The position numbers were made by a program, and so were the translations under genes. A model generated the notes under the pieces. The model had not been told where the DNA came from, did not search any database, and saw nothing but the letters and a program-made list of their open reading frames with translations. Positions 30,903-42,387 of a DNA stretch of 64,000 bases are shown one piece after another (the first letter of the stretch is position 1; each line of letters starts with the position of its first letter). Where the stretch lies: NCBI GenBank assembly GCA_963827275.1, contig CAWHAA010000004.1:416001-480000 (forward strand), read 5' to 3'. The stretch comes from an uncultured Spirochaetota bacterium (GTDB taxonomy: Bacteria > Spirochaetota > UBA4802 > UBA5550).

Positions 30903-31862
30903 CTACCAGGCGTTGAACCCGAACCCGGCTTCTCCGGCGATCGAGTGGAAATATGAACCGCTGGCATGGATATACATGTACCGCGCCTGGATGAAGATCG
31001 AGAACACGCCCCACGATTTTTGGTATCCGAAAAGGGCCTGCCCCGCGAAGTTGATGCCGGATGCTTTGCTGCCTCCGAATCCCGGAAATGAACCGGGCAC
31101 GTTCACTTCAAGGTACGTCGCGGCGGGTATGAGCGCAATGATGAAGCAGCCCCAGCTGTTTTTCATGGAGGGGAGGGCCCACATGAGCCCGCCTCCGGCG
31201 ATGTAGCCCGTCACTGAATATGAACCTCTCTTGAAAGAGAGATAGCCCCCTTCAAACCTGAGGCCGGGAATGCCGGGCTTCCGGCCGCCGGACGTGAAAT
31301 CAAGTCCCTGGTCGAGCGCGAAATATCCCGCGTACCCGTATAGCGTTGAGCCGCTGCTGGACCCGAGGTTGTAGTGAAAGGCTCCTGACAGGGAGATCCT
31401 TCCGCTGTTCCAGTGGTCGCCCGCCGGGGCCACGGCCCTGCGCTTCTCCGCTTCTTTCTCTTCGGGCACGGCAGGCTTTTCCGCTTCCTTTTCTTCCGGC
31501 TTCTGCTCTTCCTGCGTTTCCGGCTCCCTGATCGGCCGGGACCAGGTTCCATCCTTTTTCGCCTGCCCGGCGAGATAGTTTCTCCTGATGCTCTCCTCGT
31601 TGTACGGGAGGCCCAGTTTCTGGTAGAGCGCGATATCTTCGGTGTATGAACCGGTCGCGTAAATGTCGTCGATCTTGATCTTTTTGATACGGTAGGTGCC
31701 GTAGTAATTCGCGAGTACGATTGCGGCCTTGTCTTCACTGATGATTTTACCCGTCATGACCGACCCCTGGTACAGCATGATGGTGTCGGCCAGCAGGTCG
31801 GTGCCCGTGGTCAGCATGAGGCAGATTACGGCCGAGATGAGTAAGAAAACCTTGATTTTCAT
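30903..31862 (-). CDS. Secreted/outer-membrane protein: LA_0442/LA_0875-like N-terminal domain plus putative beta-barrel
   Basis: Signal peptide; ADTIMLYQGSVMTGKII; alternating aromatic strands ending GFGFNAW. Confidence 0.65.
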   Translation of the reverse strand: MKIKVFLLISAVICLMLTTGTDLLADTIMLYQGSVMTGKIISEDKAAIVLANYYGTYRIKKIKIDDIYATGSYTEDIALYQKLGLPYNEESIRRNYLAGQAKKDGTWSRPIREPETQEEQKPEEKEAEKPAVPEEKEAEKRRAVAPAGDHWNSGRISLSGAFHYNLGSSSGSTLYGYAGYFALDQGLDFTSGGRKPGIPGLRFEGGYLSFKRGSYSVTGYIAGGGLMWALPSMKNSWGCFIIALIPAATYLEVNVPGSFPGFGGSKASGINFAGQALFGYQKSWGVFSIFIQARYMYIHASGSYFHSIAGEAGFGFNAW

Positions 31863-32088
31863 TGCAGTCCACCGGTACATGATCTATGATTGCGACGCAT
31901 GTCTATACGTGCGTGGAATCGGGCGCCACGACGGGCTCTCCTTCCCCCGTGGTCTTACATCTAATACTATCGAATTGCCCGAACTTTGTCAAAACAAAAA
32001 TAACAGTGCGGGCATTCGGTGGAATGGGGCCCGGGAATGATAAAAAGGTTGCTATTTTATCCCGCAGAATTATCGTTACACGCATAAC

Positions 32089-33027
32089 ATGGCACACGAA
32101 ATAATCGAAATAATCGTACCGGAAGAAAACAACCTGGAGCGGGCGGACCGGTTCCTCACCTCGTCACTCGAACTTGACCTGTCCCGGAGCTATATCCAGA
32201 AGCTGATAAAGGGAGGCGCTATCAGGGTCAACGAGGCTGCGATCAAGCAGAATTACAAGGTCAAGACGGATGACCGGATCATGATCGATATCCCCGAGCC
32301 GGCGCCGCTGGAGCTGGAACCGCAGGACATCCCCCTGGAAATTGTGTACCAGGACAGCTCGATCGTGGTGGTCAACAAACAGCCCGGCCTCGTGGTGCAC
32401 CCGGGGCCCGGCAACTGGGACCGCACCCTCGTGAACGGCCTCCTGTACCATGTGCGGGACCTTTCCTCCATCGGCGGCGTGGCCCGGCCGGGGATCGTGC
32501 ACCGCCTGGACAAGGACACCTCCGGGCTCATGGTGATCGCCAAGGACGATGCGTCCCACCGCTTCCTCGCCGGGGAGTTCGGCGACCGGCGGGTGCGCAA
32601 GAAGTACACGGCGGTGGTGGTCGGCAAGCCGGGTACCGACCACGCGCTGATCGAACAGCCCATCGCACGGCACCGGAAGTACCGTCACAAGATGACCGTT
32701 GACGAGAAGGGGAAAGAGGCAGTCACCGAGTACCGGGTGCGGCGTGTCTGGAACAGCCGGCCTGGTGTGTTCACGCTCCTCGACATCGACCTCCATACCG
32801 GCAGGACCCACCAGATCCGCGTCCACCTTTCCGCGGCCGGCATCCCCATCGTGGGCGATCCGATCTATTCCAAGAAGTGGGAGAAATACCGTGTGCCGTA
32901 TCTCCTGCTGTCGTCCGTGGAGCTTTCGTTCACGCACCCGGCGAGCGGCGAGACGATGACGTTTCGGGCGGAGATGCCGCGGCATATGAAAGATTTTATC
33001 GAGAAGATCGAGCGGCTTGGCGTATAA
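32089..33027 (+). CDS. rluD: RluA-family pseudouridine synthase with S4 domain (RluD-like)
   Basis: SRSYIQKLI, VNKQPGLVVHP, GIVHRLDKDTSG, TGRTHQIRVH, VGDPIY. Confidence 0.92.
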   Translation: MAHEIIEIIVPEENNLERADRFLTSSLELDLSRSYIQKLIKGGAIRVNEAAIKQNYKVKTDDRIMIDIPEPAPLELEPQDIPLEIVYQDSSIVVVNKQPGLVVHPGPGNWDRTLVNGLLYHVRDLSSIGGVARPGIVHRLDKDTSGLMVIAKDDASHRFLAGEFGDRRVRKKYTAVVVGKPGTDHALIEQPIARHRKYRHKMTVDEKGKEAVTEYRVRRVWNSRPGVFTLLDIDLHTGRTHQIRVHLSAAGIPIVGDPIYSKKWEKYRVPYLLLSSVELSFTHPASGETMTFRAEMPRHMKDFIEKIERLGV

Positions 33028-33165
33028 CACACACCCCCTGTCCCCCGTCGGGGGCACGTATGAACTCACGGAAAGTTTTTATCATTCGCATACTCAAATC
33101 GTTCTCCTCTCATGTACCTGCGAACAAGCGATATCGCGCCGTCCTACCGGCCGGGCATGGATATT

Positions 33166-33202
33166 GCGAGGAGAAGAGGGCTTCTCGCCCTCTTCTCCTC
33201 GC
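33166..33202. repeat. Perfect 16-bp-stem inverted repeat
   Basis: GCGAGGAGAAGAGGGC-TTCTC-GCCCTCTTCTCCTCGC. Confidence 0.85.
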
Positions 33203-33742
33203 GCTCCTCATCACCCACGGTCGCTCAACGCCGCGACGGGCTATTGCTATTGTCGGTTATTATTTCCAGTCTTGTGTGTATTTTGAATCCGGTTGTTTTT
33301 TGAAGGCTTGCCAGGAGTGAAAGGAGCTGTTTCTGGCTTTCGCTCCGGAAGCCGCCTCCTGCGGCATCCTCGCATCGCCGGGCCTCCTGCCCGGCGATTT
33401 ATCAACAAACCCACGATGTTCTTGATAACTGGATTTTAAAAACCTGGCCACGTCACCTTTACCCTGCCCGGGCCGGTGGTCCGGGCGCTCTTCGAGAAAC
33501 GCTTCCCGTGCGAGGACCTCATCACCGCTCCTGAATTATCGCAGAATGCGCTTTTCATGGATGGCCCCTGAATAATCATATCGCAATGTACCGCACAGCG
33601 CAAATGGAAAATACCATCCCCCTGCCAGTGGTATTTATTCCACTAAATTTCTTGACACATTATTTGTTTTGTGCAAGATATTCTTTCTTAATTCAGTGAG
33701 CGATAAAACTGACAGGCACGCAATAGTACCGGAATCACCGAC

Positions 33743-34831
33743 ATGGATATATCATACATCACGTATCCGACCATATTCCTGAGCTTTTTAATGGCCATCG
33801 GGCTGCTCCTGCGGCCATGGCGCTTCAGGAACGTAGTCCTGGCCATCTTTATCGCCGAGCTCGGCTATCTAACGCTGTTCATTTACCTGCTTCACACGAA
33901 GCTTATTTTATCATATCCTGATTACTTCCTGCTTCTCATCCCGATCGAAATCAGCATGGGGCCGCTGCTCTACCTGTATGTCCTGAGCTTTATCAAGAAC
34001 AAGCAGAAATTTTACTATTATGATATCGTTAATTTTATTCCCCTTATGGTTGTGGTAATCATCATCATACCTTTCGCCTTCGCTTCGGACGACACAAAGC
34101 GAGAGATGGTGAACATGCTTCTTCTGCAAGAAGACGTCAAATTTATCCAGATACTCATTTCAGCCGCTGCGGCGATCGTGCTGCCGATTTTTTACATTTC
34201 GCTCTCCATCTGGCAGATATGGTTCCGCAAGCCCAGCGAGAACATGGCGTACCAGCCGCTGATATTGCTGATTACCCTGCTCATCATATGGCTTTTCCTC
34301 GGCGTCGTCGGCATCGCCGGGTCGGTAACGCTTTCAGAGAAGCTCCTCATGCTTGACAATGTCATTATCAGCCTTATAATAGTAAGCTTTTATCTGATCT
34401 CCTCAAGGTATCCCTACCTGATGCAGTTCGGGTCGATACCGCCGAAAAAAAAGAAATACGCAAAATCATACCTCGACAATATAAACCAGAAGAGCATTAA
34501 CAGGCAGTTGAAAATTATAATGGAGGAGGAGAAGCTGTTCTGCGATGAGGACCTGTCTCTGGGACGCCTCAGCGAAGCGCTCGAGCTGACGAAAAACCAG
34601 CTTTCCCAGTTCCTGAACACGTACCATGAAAAAAACTTCAACAATTTCGTCAACGGTTACCGCATCGATGAAGCGAAGAAGATGCTGCTGGAACAGCCCC
34701 GGAGACAGATCATCTCCATCACTTTCGCCGTCGGGTTTAACTCATACTCCGCATTTCATTCGACATTTAAAAAGATGACCGGCATTACGCCCGCTGAATA
34801 TCGACGTAAACACGAGCAGGAACTGCTTTGA
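33743..34831 (+). CDS. Membrane-anchored (multi-TM) AraC-family regulator
   Basis: GPLLYLY TM region; DEDLSLGRLS, FNNFVNGYRI, VGFNSYSAF...FKKMTGITP. Confidence 0.92.
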   Translation: MDISYITYPTIFLSFLMAIGLLLRPWRFRNVVLAIFIAELGYLTLFIYLLHTKLILSYPDYFLLLIPIEISMGPLLYLYVLSFIKNKQKFYYYDIVNFIPLMVVVIIIIPFAFASDDTKREMVNMLLLQEDVKFIQILISAAAAIVLPIFYISLSIWQIWFRKPSENMAYQPLILLITLLIIWLFLGVVGIAGSVTLSEKLLMLDNVIISLIIVSFYLISSRYPYLMQFGSIPPKKKKYAKSYLDNINQKSINRQLKIIMEEEKLFCDEDLSLGRLSEALELTKNQLSQFLNTYHEKNFNNFVNGYRIDEAKKMLLEQPRRQIISITFAVGFNSYSAFHSTFKKMTGITPAEYRRKHEQELL

Positions 34832-34851
34832 TGAGGGCGCCGGCCGCCTTT

Positions 34852-36192
34852 TTAAAGCGGCGCGTCGATGTTCATCCCCGAGTCCCGAACGGCCTTGTAG
34901 TTATAGTAGTTCCAGAAGAGATTGATCGATGCATTGACCACGCTCCCCGTGTTCATGAGGGTCTTCAGGCTCCGCCTCAGTGACCGCACCGGCGATGATG
35001 TCTCGCTGTACACATTCCGCCACCCCGCCACCAGCTCGTCGATCGTCATGTTGCGCGGCTGTATTACCGCTTCATAGGCGTTGTACTTCACCCAGTCTTC
35101 CGGATAGTTGGTGAACAGCAGACGGCCTTCCTTTTCAACCTGGTTGTAGAGACGGGTACCCGGGAAAGGCGTCATTATGGTAAACTGGCTGCCGTCTATT
35201 CCGGTCTCATGGATAAACTCGATCGTCTTATCGAAAATCTCCTTCGTATCGCCGTCCGTACCAAGGATGAAGCCGCCGATCACGCCGATTCCGTGATCAT
35301 GAAATTTCCTGATCGTGTTTTTATAATTCTTTATCATGGGACGCAGGTTCACGTTCTTGTTTACGGATTTGAGTGATTCGGCCTCGATCGATTCAAACCC
35401 GATATAAAAGGTGTTCGCCCCCGCCTCGGCGGCCGCCTTCAATAAATCATCATGCTCGGCGATGGTTATGCATACCTGCGATCCCCATGATTTTCCAAGG
35501 CCTTTCAGGCTTTTAAATAGCCGCTTGGCGTGGTCGATCCCCTCGGGGCCGAGGCCGACGATGCTGTCATCCGCGATGAAAAAACGCCGGTCTTCAATCT
35601 CTTCAATCTCCTCAATGACATCGGGTATCGAGCGGAACCGGTAGCGCGCGCCGTTAAACCTCGTAACGGAGCAGAAACTGCAGTTGCAGGGGCACCCGCG
35701 CGAAGTCTGCACCGAATGGATCATGTATTTCTTCGAAAAAAGCTTTCTGTTTATTTTAGGGATTTTCTCCAGCGAGGGAAAGGCCTCGGCCCGGTAGACC
35801 TTCTTCATTTTTCCTTCTTCAAAATCCTTTACTATGACCGGCCATAATTCATCCGCCTCTCCCACCGCGACCGAGTCCGCGAACCTGACCGCCTCTTCGG
35901 TCATAACCGAAGCGTGTATTCCGCCCATGATGGTGGGGACTCCCTTCTTTTTGAATTCCTGGATGATCTGATACGCCCGTGGCGCCTGTCCGGTCGTTGC
36001 GGTTACCGCCACAAGGTCGGCAGGCGTGTTGAAATCAATGGCCTCGAGGTTTTCATCAATAATGCTAACCTTATAATGCTCGGGCGTCCTGCTCGCGAGA
36101 ACGCCGAGTCCCATCGGCGGCAGGGCCAGCATTTTCATTTTCCCGAATACGGTATTGTTTATAGTCGGATTGATAAAGAGAATTTTTTTCAT
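34852..36192 (-). CDS. B12-binding radical SAM protein
   Basis: LPPMGLGVLA, MGGIHAS, QTSRGCPCNCSFC, FIADDS, IGFES, TPFPGT. Confidence 0.94.
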   Translation of the reverse strand: MKKILFINPTINNTVFGKMKMLALPPMGLGVLASRTPEHYKVSIIDENLEAIDFNTPADLVAVTATTGQAPRAYQIIQEFKKKGVPTIMGGIHASVMTEEAVRFADSVAVGEADELWPVIVKDFEEGKMKKVYRAEAFPSLEKIPKINRKLFSKKYMIHSVQTSRGCPCNCSFCSVTRFNGARYRFRSIPDVIEEIEEIEDRRFFIADDSIVGLGPEGIDHAKRLFKSLKGLGKSWGSQVCITIAEHDDLLKAAAEAGANTFYIGFESIEAESLKSVNKNVNLRPMIKNYKNTIRKFHDHGIGVIGGFILGTDGDTKEIFDKTIEFIHETGIDGSQFTIMTPFPGTRLYNQVEKEGRLLFTNYPEDWVKYNAYEAVIQPRNMTIDELVAGWRNVYSETSSPVRSLRRSLKTLMNTGSVVNASINLFWNYYNYKAVRDSGMNIDAPL

Positions 36193-36679
36193 GGCGCTAA
36201 ACCTCGGTATGAATAATTGATATGTTGCAAAACCCAATAATCAATAATATGCGCCCCCGCAATCAAAGGGGAGGGGGTAAATAGAAATAATTATGAAGTA
36301 TTTGGCAGCAATTAGAATAGTTAATAATAGCATATTTTGCGGAAAAATCTTTCCGGAATATGATTCTGGAGAACGACCGACCTTGTGAATTACATCCGGA
36401 AAAACTGCTGAATAATATTCTGCAACCGCCTGCCCGGTTATGGACCATCAATATTCCGTTTATGCCCGTGGTCCCGCACCCCGGTTTCATGCAGTCTCCG
36501 GGCCGGAAATCAGTCCTGAAATGGCGAAAGAATCGATCAAGGAGTCGGGAGCGGACAAGGGGCTTCAGGGCATCGGGTTTTCCCTTGTGGTAGACGTTTC
36601 AGGCGAAAAATTTTAAGCCCCCTGTCCGGTGCTTTTTCTGTTAGAGGGGGCCTCATTTGAGAGAGAACAATTGCAGATG

Positions 36680-36700
36680 CTTCGACAAGCTCAGCACAAG
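36680..36700. repeat. REP-like CTTCGACAAGCTCAG half-unit
   Basis: CTTCGACAAGCTCAGCACAAG; cf. 12071-12164. Confidence 0.55.
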
Positions 36701-36872
36701 AAAAACGCATTGTGTCACCTGGCCCTTTACCTGAAGGGGCGCAATTTCTTAGATAATAAATATAACTGATAACAGAGCAATTACTATAGCAAAAATTATT
36801 TATTTCATTATTGTCTTTTTATGTCACAAAGCACGTTACAAGACATGTTAAATTTTAGCCTCCAGTATTATA

Positions 36873-36900
36873 TTGACATTTTATTATCATTTTATAATAT
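36873..36900 (+). promoter_or_regulatory. Sigma70-like promoter upstream of AraC gene
   Basis: TTGACA-N16-TAATAT in an AT-rich tract. Confidence 0.5.
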
Positions 36901-37010
36901 TATCATTAATAATAAAAAGAAATCCTGCTTCTTCAATTAAAAAAAAGTCAAACTTGATATTCGTATTGAGGATCAGGTTATCTGGATATGGAATTGCACA
37001 AAAAAATACG

Positions 37011-38630
37011 ATGAAATACATATTATCAACAATACTTCTCATTTTGATATTTTCGACCGCTGGTGAGTCGCAATCGGATTATTTAGTCCCCGGCCTTAAG
37101 GTCAATACAGCAAAAAAAGCCATAATGGTAAATTCATGGGCTGTTTCATTCGAAAATGCCTCATCAAAAGAATCCCTGTCGGCCGAAACGTTATGGAAGG
37201 ATGCCGAGATCCCCGGGACCTTCAAGTTAAGCAATGCGGCGCCGACCACTATAAAATATATATGGATCAAAGGCCGATTTAGCATAGACAATAATCCGGA
37301 GGACTATTACGGCATATCCCTGGGCAGGATATATCATTCGGACATAGTATTTATCAATAATTACCAGGTGGGGAATAAATCATCAAAGGATTTTTTTGAA
37401 CTGCATTATCCAAGAAACTATGCAGTCAATCCGGGGATATTTAAAAAAGGAATTAACGAGGTATTGATACGCATCGGAATTTTCAGCGATCAATTTGGAG
37501 GGCTGACCAACAGGGTCCTGGTTTTGGACCGGCAGGCCTTTGAAGAGAAACTGGCGCAGGATAATTTCTGGTTTTTCCTTTTTCCCTTCGGGCTACTTAC
37601 TCTCTATATTGGCTTTGCAGTACTCCTCTATCTTCTTTTTTATTACAACCGCGTTGAACGGAAATTGATATATTGCTCCATCGGTCTGTTCTTTTATATC
37701 CTTTTGATACTGATCCTCTTTTTCCCCTATCAATCGCCCTTATTCAATGTGCCACTGGAAATCCAGCTTTCCATTCAAATTATCATCTTAAAAGCTATGA
37801 TTCCAATCTTTATCATTGTCCTGATTTTCGTGATCCAATCACAATACTGGATCAGGCTCGAGCGATATAACAAGATCGCCGTTGCCTTTATTTCGGTTAT
37901 TCTGGCGTTGATTATTATAAATATAAGTTTCTTTTCCAATCCGCTGAAAACTGTTTTTACCATACTCCTTTTGGTGCTCGTTATCATAACCGGTGTCCCC
38001 TATCTGGGATTCATGACCTATAAACTAAACTCATTGCAGCCCGATAAATTCAAGGTCAGGATGATCGCGGCCATGCTCTTCCTTGCTGGTCTGACTATCA
38101 TATGGGAAGGGACCTCGTACGGGATCGGATGGTGCTCATATGGCATTTTCGCCGTATTTATTTCACCTGCGATAATAACGAATTTTTTAATGCTCTTTGC
38201 AAATGATTACATGAAAAAACAGATAGAAATGGCCCTATTGTACGATAAATTAAAAAAACCAGCGGCGCCGGAAACCGGCTCCGGCGGTGAGAGGCCCGTG
38301 ATAACTGAATCCTCAGAGGAAAAACTGAAAAGGGTGATTTCCTTTATCCAGGAAAATTTCACCTATGATATATCAAGGGAGGGGCTGGCTGCCGCCGTTG
38401 ATATGAACCCGAACTATATGAGCAGGATTTTTATGTCCTATACCGGGAAAAAAATAAATGACTATATCAACGAACTCCGGGTAAAAAGAATTATTGAAAA
38501 AATCGAAAAAGGGGATATGCTGATCCTTGATATTGCCCTTGAAGCCGGTTTTGAAAGCATGTCTACCTTTAACAGGGCCTTTAAAAAAATTACCGGCACC
38601 ACACCCTCGGAATACAAAAAAACCAAATAA
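37011..38630 (+). CDS. AraC regulator with extracellular beta-sandwich + multi-TM sensor (7TM-DISM-like)
   Basis: Signal peptide, DIVFINNYQVG...GINEVLIRI; TM block; ISREGLAA, AGFESMSTFNRAFKK. Confidence 0.9.
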   Translation: MKYILSTILLILIFSTAGESQSDYLVPGLKVNTAKKAIMVNSWAVSFENASSKESLSAETLWKDAEIPGTFKLSNAAPTTIKYIWIKGRFSIDNNPEDYYGISLGRIYHSDIVFINNYQVGNKSSKDFFELHYPRNYAVNPGIFKKGINEVLIRIGIFSDQFGGLTNRVLVLDRQAFEEKLAQDNFWFFLFPFGLLTLYIGFAVLLYLLFYYNRVERKLIYCSIGLFFYILLILILFFPYQSPLFNVPLEIQLSIQIIILKAMIPIFIIVLIFVIQSQYWIRLERYNKIAVAFISVILALIIINISFFSNPLKTVFTILLLVLVIITGVPYLGFMTYKLNSLQPDKFKVRMIAAMLFLAGLTIIWEGTSYGIGWCSYGIFAVFISPAIITNFLMLFANDYMKKQIEMALLYDKLKKPAAPETGSGGERPVITESSEEKLKRVISFIQENFTYDISREGLAAAVDMNPNYMSRIFMSYTGKKINDYINELRVKRIIEKIEKGDMLILDIALEAGFESMSTFNRAFKKITGTTPSEYKKTK

Positions 38631-38783
38631 TATTGAATTAATCCCCTACCATTTCGTTTAAGCGTCATTTCAGCACATGCAAAAATGACATTATCAAAAG
38701 GATAGAACCTATCCGATTGAAAAGCCGGATAGCTGGAAAAGGCTTATATTAATCCCGAGTTCAAAAAGATAAAGGAGATTAAT

Positions 38784-40283
38784 ATGAATGCCATAGTCGG
38801 AGCAATTAAAGCAGGAGGGGTCGTATCATTCCCCAGACATTACATTAAAACCAGGCTCGGACTGAATACAATAACCACCGGGTGGGAATTTTTACGGTTA
38901 AAATACGCCAAGCACTTCGGTTTTGGTATTGAAGTAAGGGGAACCGCTCCGGATTTCAAAAGCCCGGATGCCATCCGCAGCTCAGCCATGGAAGCAATGC
39001 GTCTGGCATTAACTCATTACGGCGACATGCTCATTGAGGCGGACGTTCAGGTGAAGGAGGGACGCCTGTTTTCAGATGACGATATAGTTAGCGGTTACCA
39101 TATTGATTTTAATCTTTCCTGGGACTTTTCAAAGCCGGTATTGATTGAAATTGACTATGATAGAAAAAACCGGTCGTACAAGATTATGGGTGTAGTATAT
39201 AATCATCTCATTGACGGCGTGCCGCTGGCGCTGTACATCCATCTTGTCCACAACCACCTCGTCATGGGAGATGCTTCTTTTTTAAACCAGAGCACGAGAA
39301 CATTCACCAATCCCTACAGGTTCCATCTTGCTCCCGCCGCAACAAGGCCGAATAAAAAAGGGTGGCTGAAGTTAAATCATTTCGATGACTCCCATCTTCT
39401 CCCTGTAGGGAGCCAGATAGACGTAACCAACAGCAACATTCTCAGGCTCAGAAATAAAATAGTCCGGGACACCGGCCTGAATGTCTCGATTTCATCCATT
39501 GAGACAGCCCTTCTCGGTATGGAAATGGGGATAACCCGGGCCACGGAGTATATCGCCCAGGGGCACATGAATCCGGAGGGGCGTGTCGACATTCAGAAAG
39601 GATACAATGGTCTTGGCATCGTGCGGACGCAGTATAATGATATCATAAAAAAAAGCGACCCCCTGACTCAATATAGATGGATCTGCAATGTCCTGAAGGA
39701 TTCATTTGGTGAGATGAAACTCGAAAGGATCGGGATGGGACGTTCCAGCAGGTTTTACGAAAAATATAGAAGAATCTCAACGTTTTTCGTCGATTTCTTT
39801 GACAGGAGAATAAGCTATGATAATGTAATGTCGGTTGCAGGCACGCAGTTGTTAGCGTCGAATCTAAACGGCATAGATTACGGCGTACCCATCTTTGTCG
39901 GAGGGATCGGTCCGGACGATACAAAGTTTATTTTTATACCTTCCCACGGTGAGCACAATAAAAAGACGCAAATCGAGCGGGCGAAACGCTCGCTTGAGAC
40001 CCATGTCACTGAAGTCTCTTTTTCCTGCGCCCCTAAAATAAGGGAAAGCAACGGCCGCTCAGTGGTCTATAAGTCGCTTAAAATTTCAGCACGAAAGGCC
40101 CATGACATTCTTCTGGACTGGGGATACGATCCCGGGAAAATAATGTCTCTATCGCCCGGGGAAAGGATCAGACAAGTTTTCATGGATGCGTACAGGCCTG
40201 ATGCTCCCAACATGGGTCGGATTGAAAAACGGGCCGCGCTGTATTTGAATTTTAAGCACCCTGTCCAGCGCCTTTTGTATTGA
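38784..40283 (+). CDS. Hypothetical protein, possibly condensation/CoA-dependent acyltransferase fold
   Basis: 499 aa; AAGGAG RBS; YNHLIDG and LASNLNG motifs; ORF certain, function speculative. Confidence 0.6.
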   Translation: MNAIVGAIKAGGVVSFPRHYIKTRLGLNTITTGWEFLRLKYAKHFGFGIEVRGTAPDFKSPDAIRSSAMEAMRLALTHYGDMLIEADVQVKEGRLFSDDDIVSGYHIDFNLSWDFSKPVLIEIDYDRKNRSYKIMGVVYNHLIDGVPLALYIHLVHNHLVMGDASFLNQSTRTFTNPYRFHLAPAATRPNKKGWLKLNHFDDSHLLPVGSQIDVTNSNILRLRNKIVRDTGLNVSISSIETALLGMEMGITRATEYIAQGHMNPEGRVDIQKGYNGLGIVRTQYNDIIKKSDPLTQYRWICNVLKDSFGEMKLERIGMGRSSRFYEKYRRISTFFVDFFDRRISYDNVMSVAGTQLLASNLNGIDYGVPIFVGGIGPDDTKFIFIPSHGEHNKKTQIERAKRSLETHVTEVSFSCAPKIRESNGRSVVYKSLKISARKAHDILLDWGYDPGKIMSLSPGERIRQVFMDAYRPDAPNMGRIEKRAALYLNFKHPVQRLLY

Positions 40284-40292
40284 AAGATGCAT

Positions 40293-40319
40293 TCAAATAC
40301 GATATGCTGGTACCGATAA
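40293..40319 (+). promoter_or_regulatory. Sigma28 (FliA)-like promoter
   Basis: TCAA-N15-ACCGATAA versus consensus TAAA-N15-GCCGATAA. Confidence 0.5.
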
Positions 40320-40330
40320 GGTTCATTCAG

Positions 40331-42278
<1,948 letters not shown>

Positions 42279-42387
42279 TCCCATAGGCCGCAACCTATGA
42301 GAGAGCACATTCCTATAGAGTAGGGTAAAATTGTTGTTGCAATTTTAACAGATGGGTTGTCTGATTTATTGTGTACCAATGTATGCC

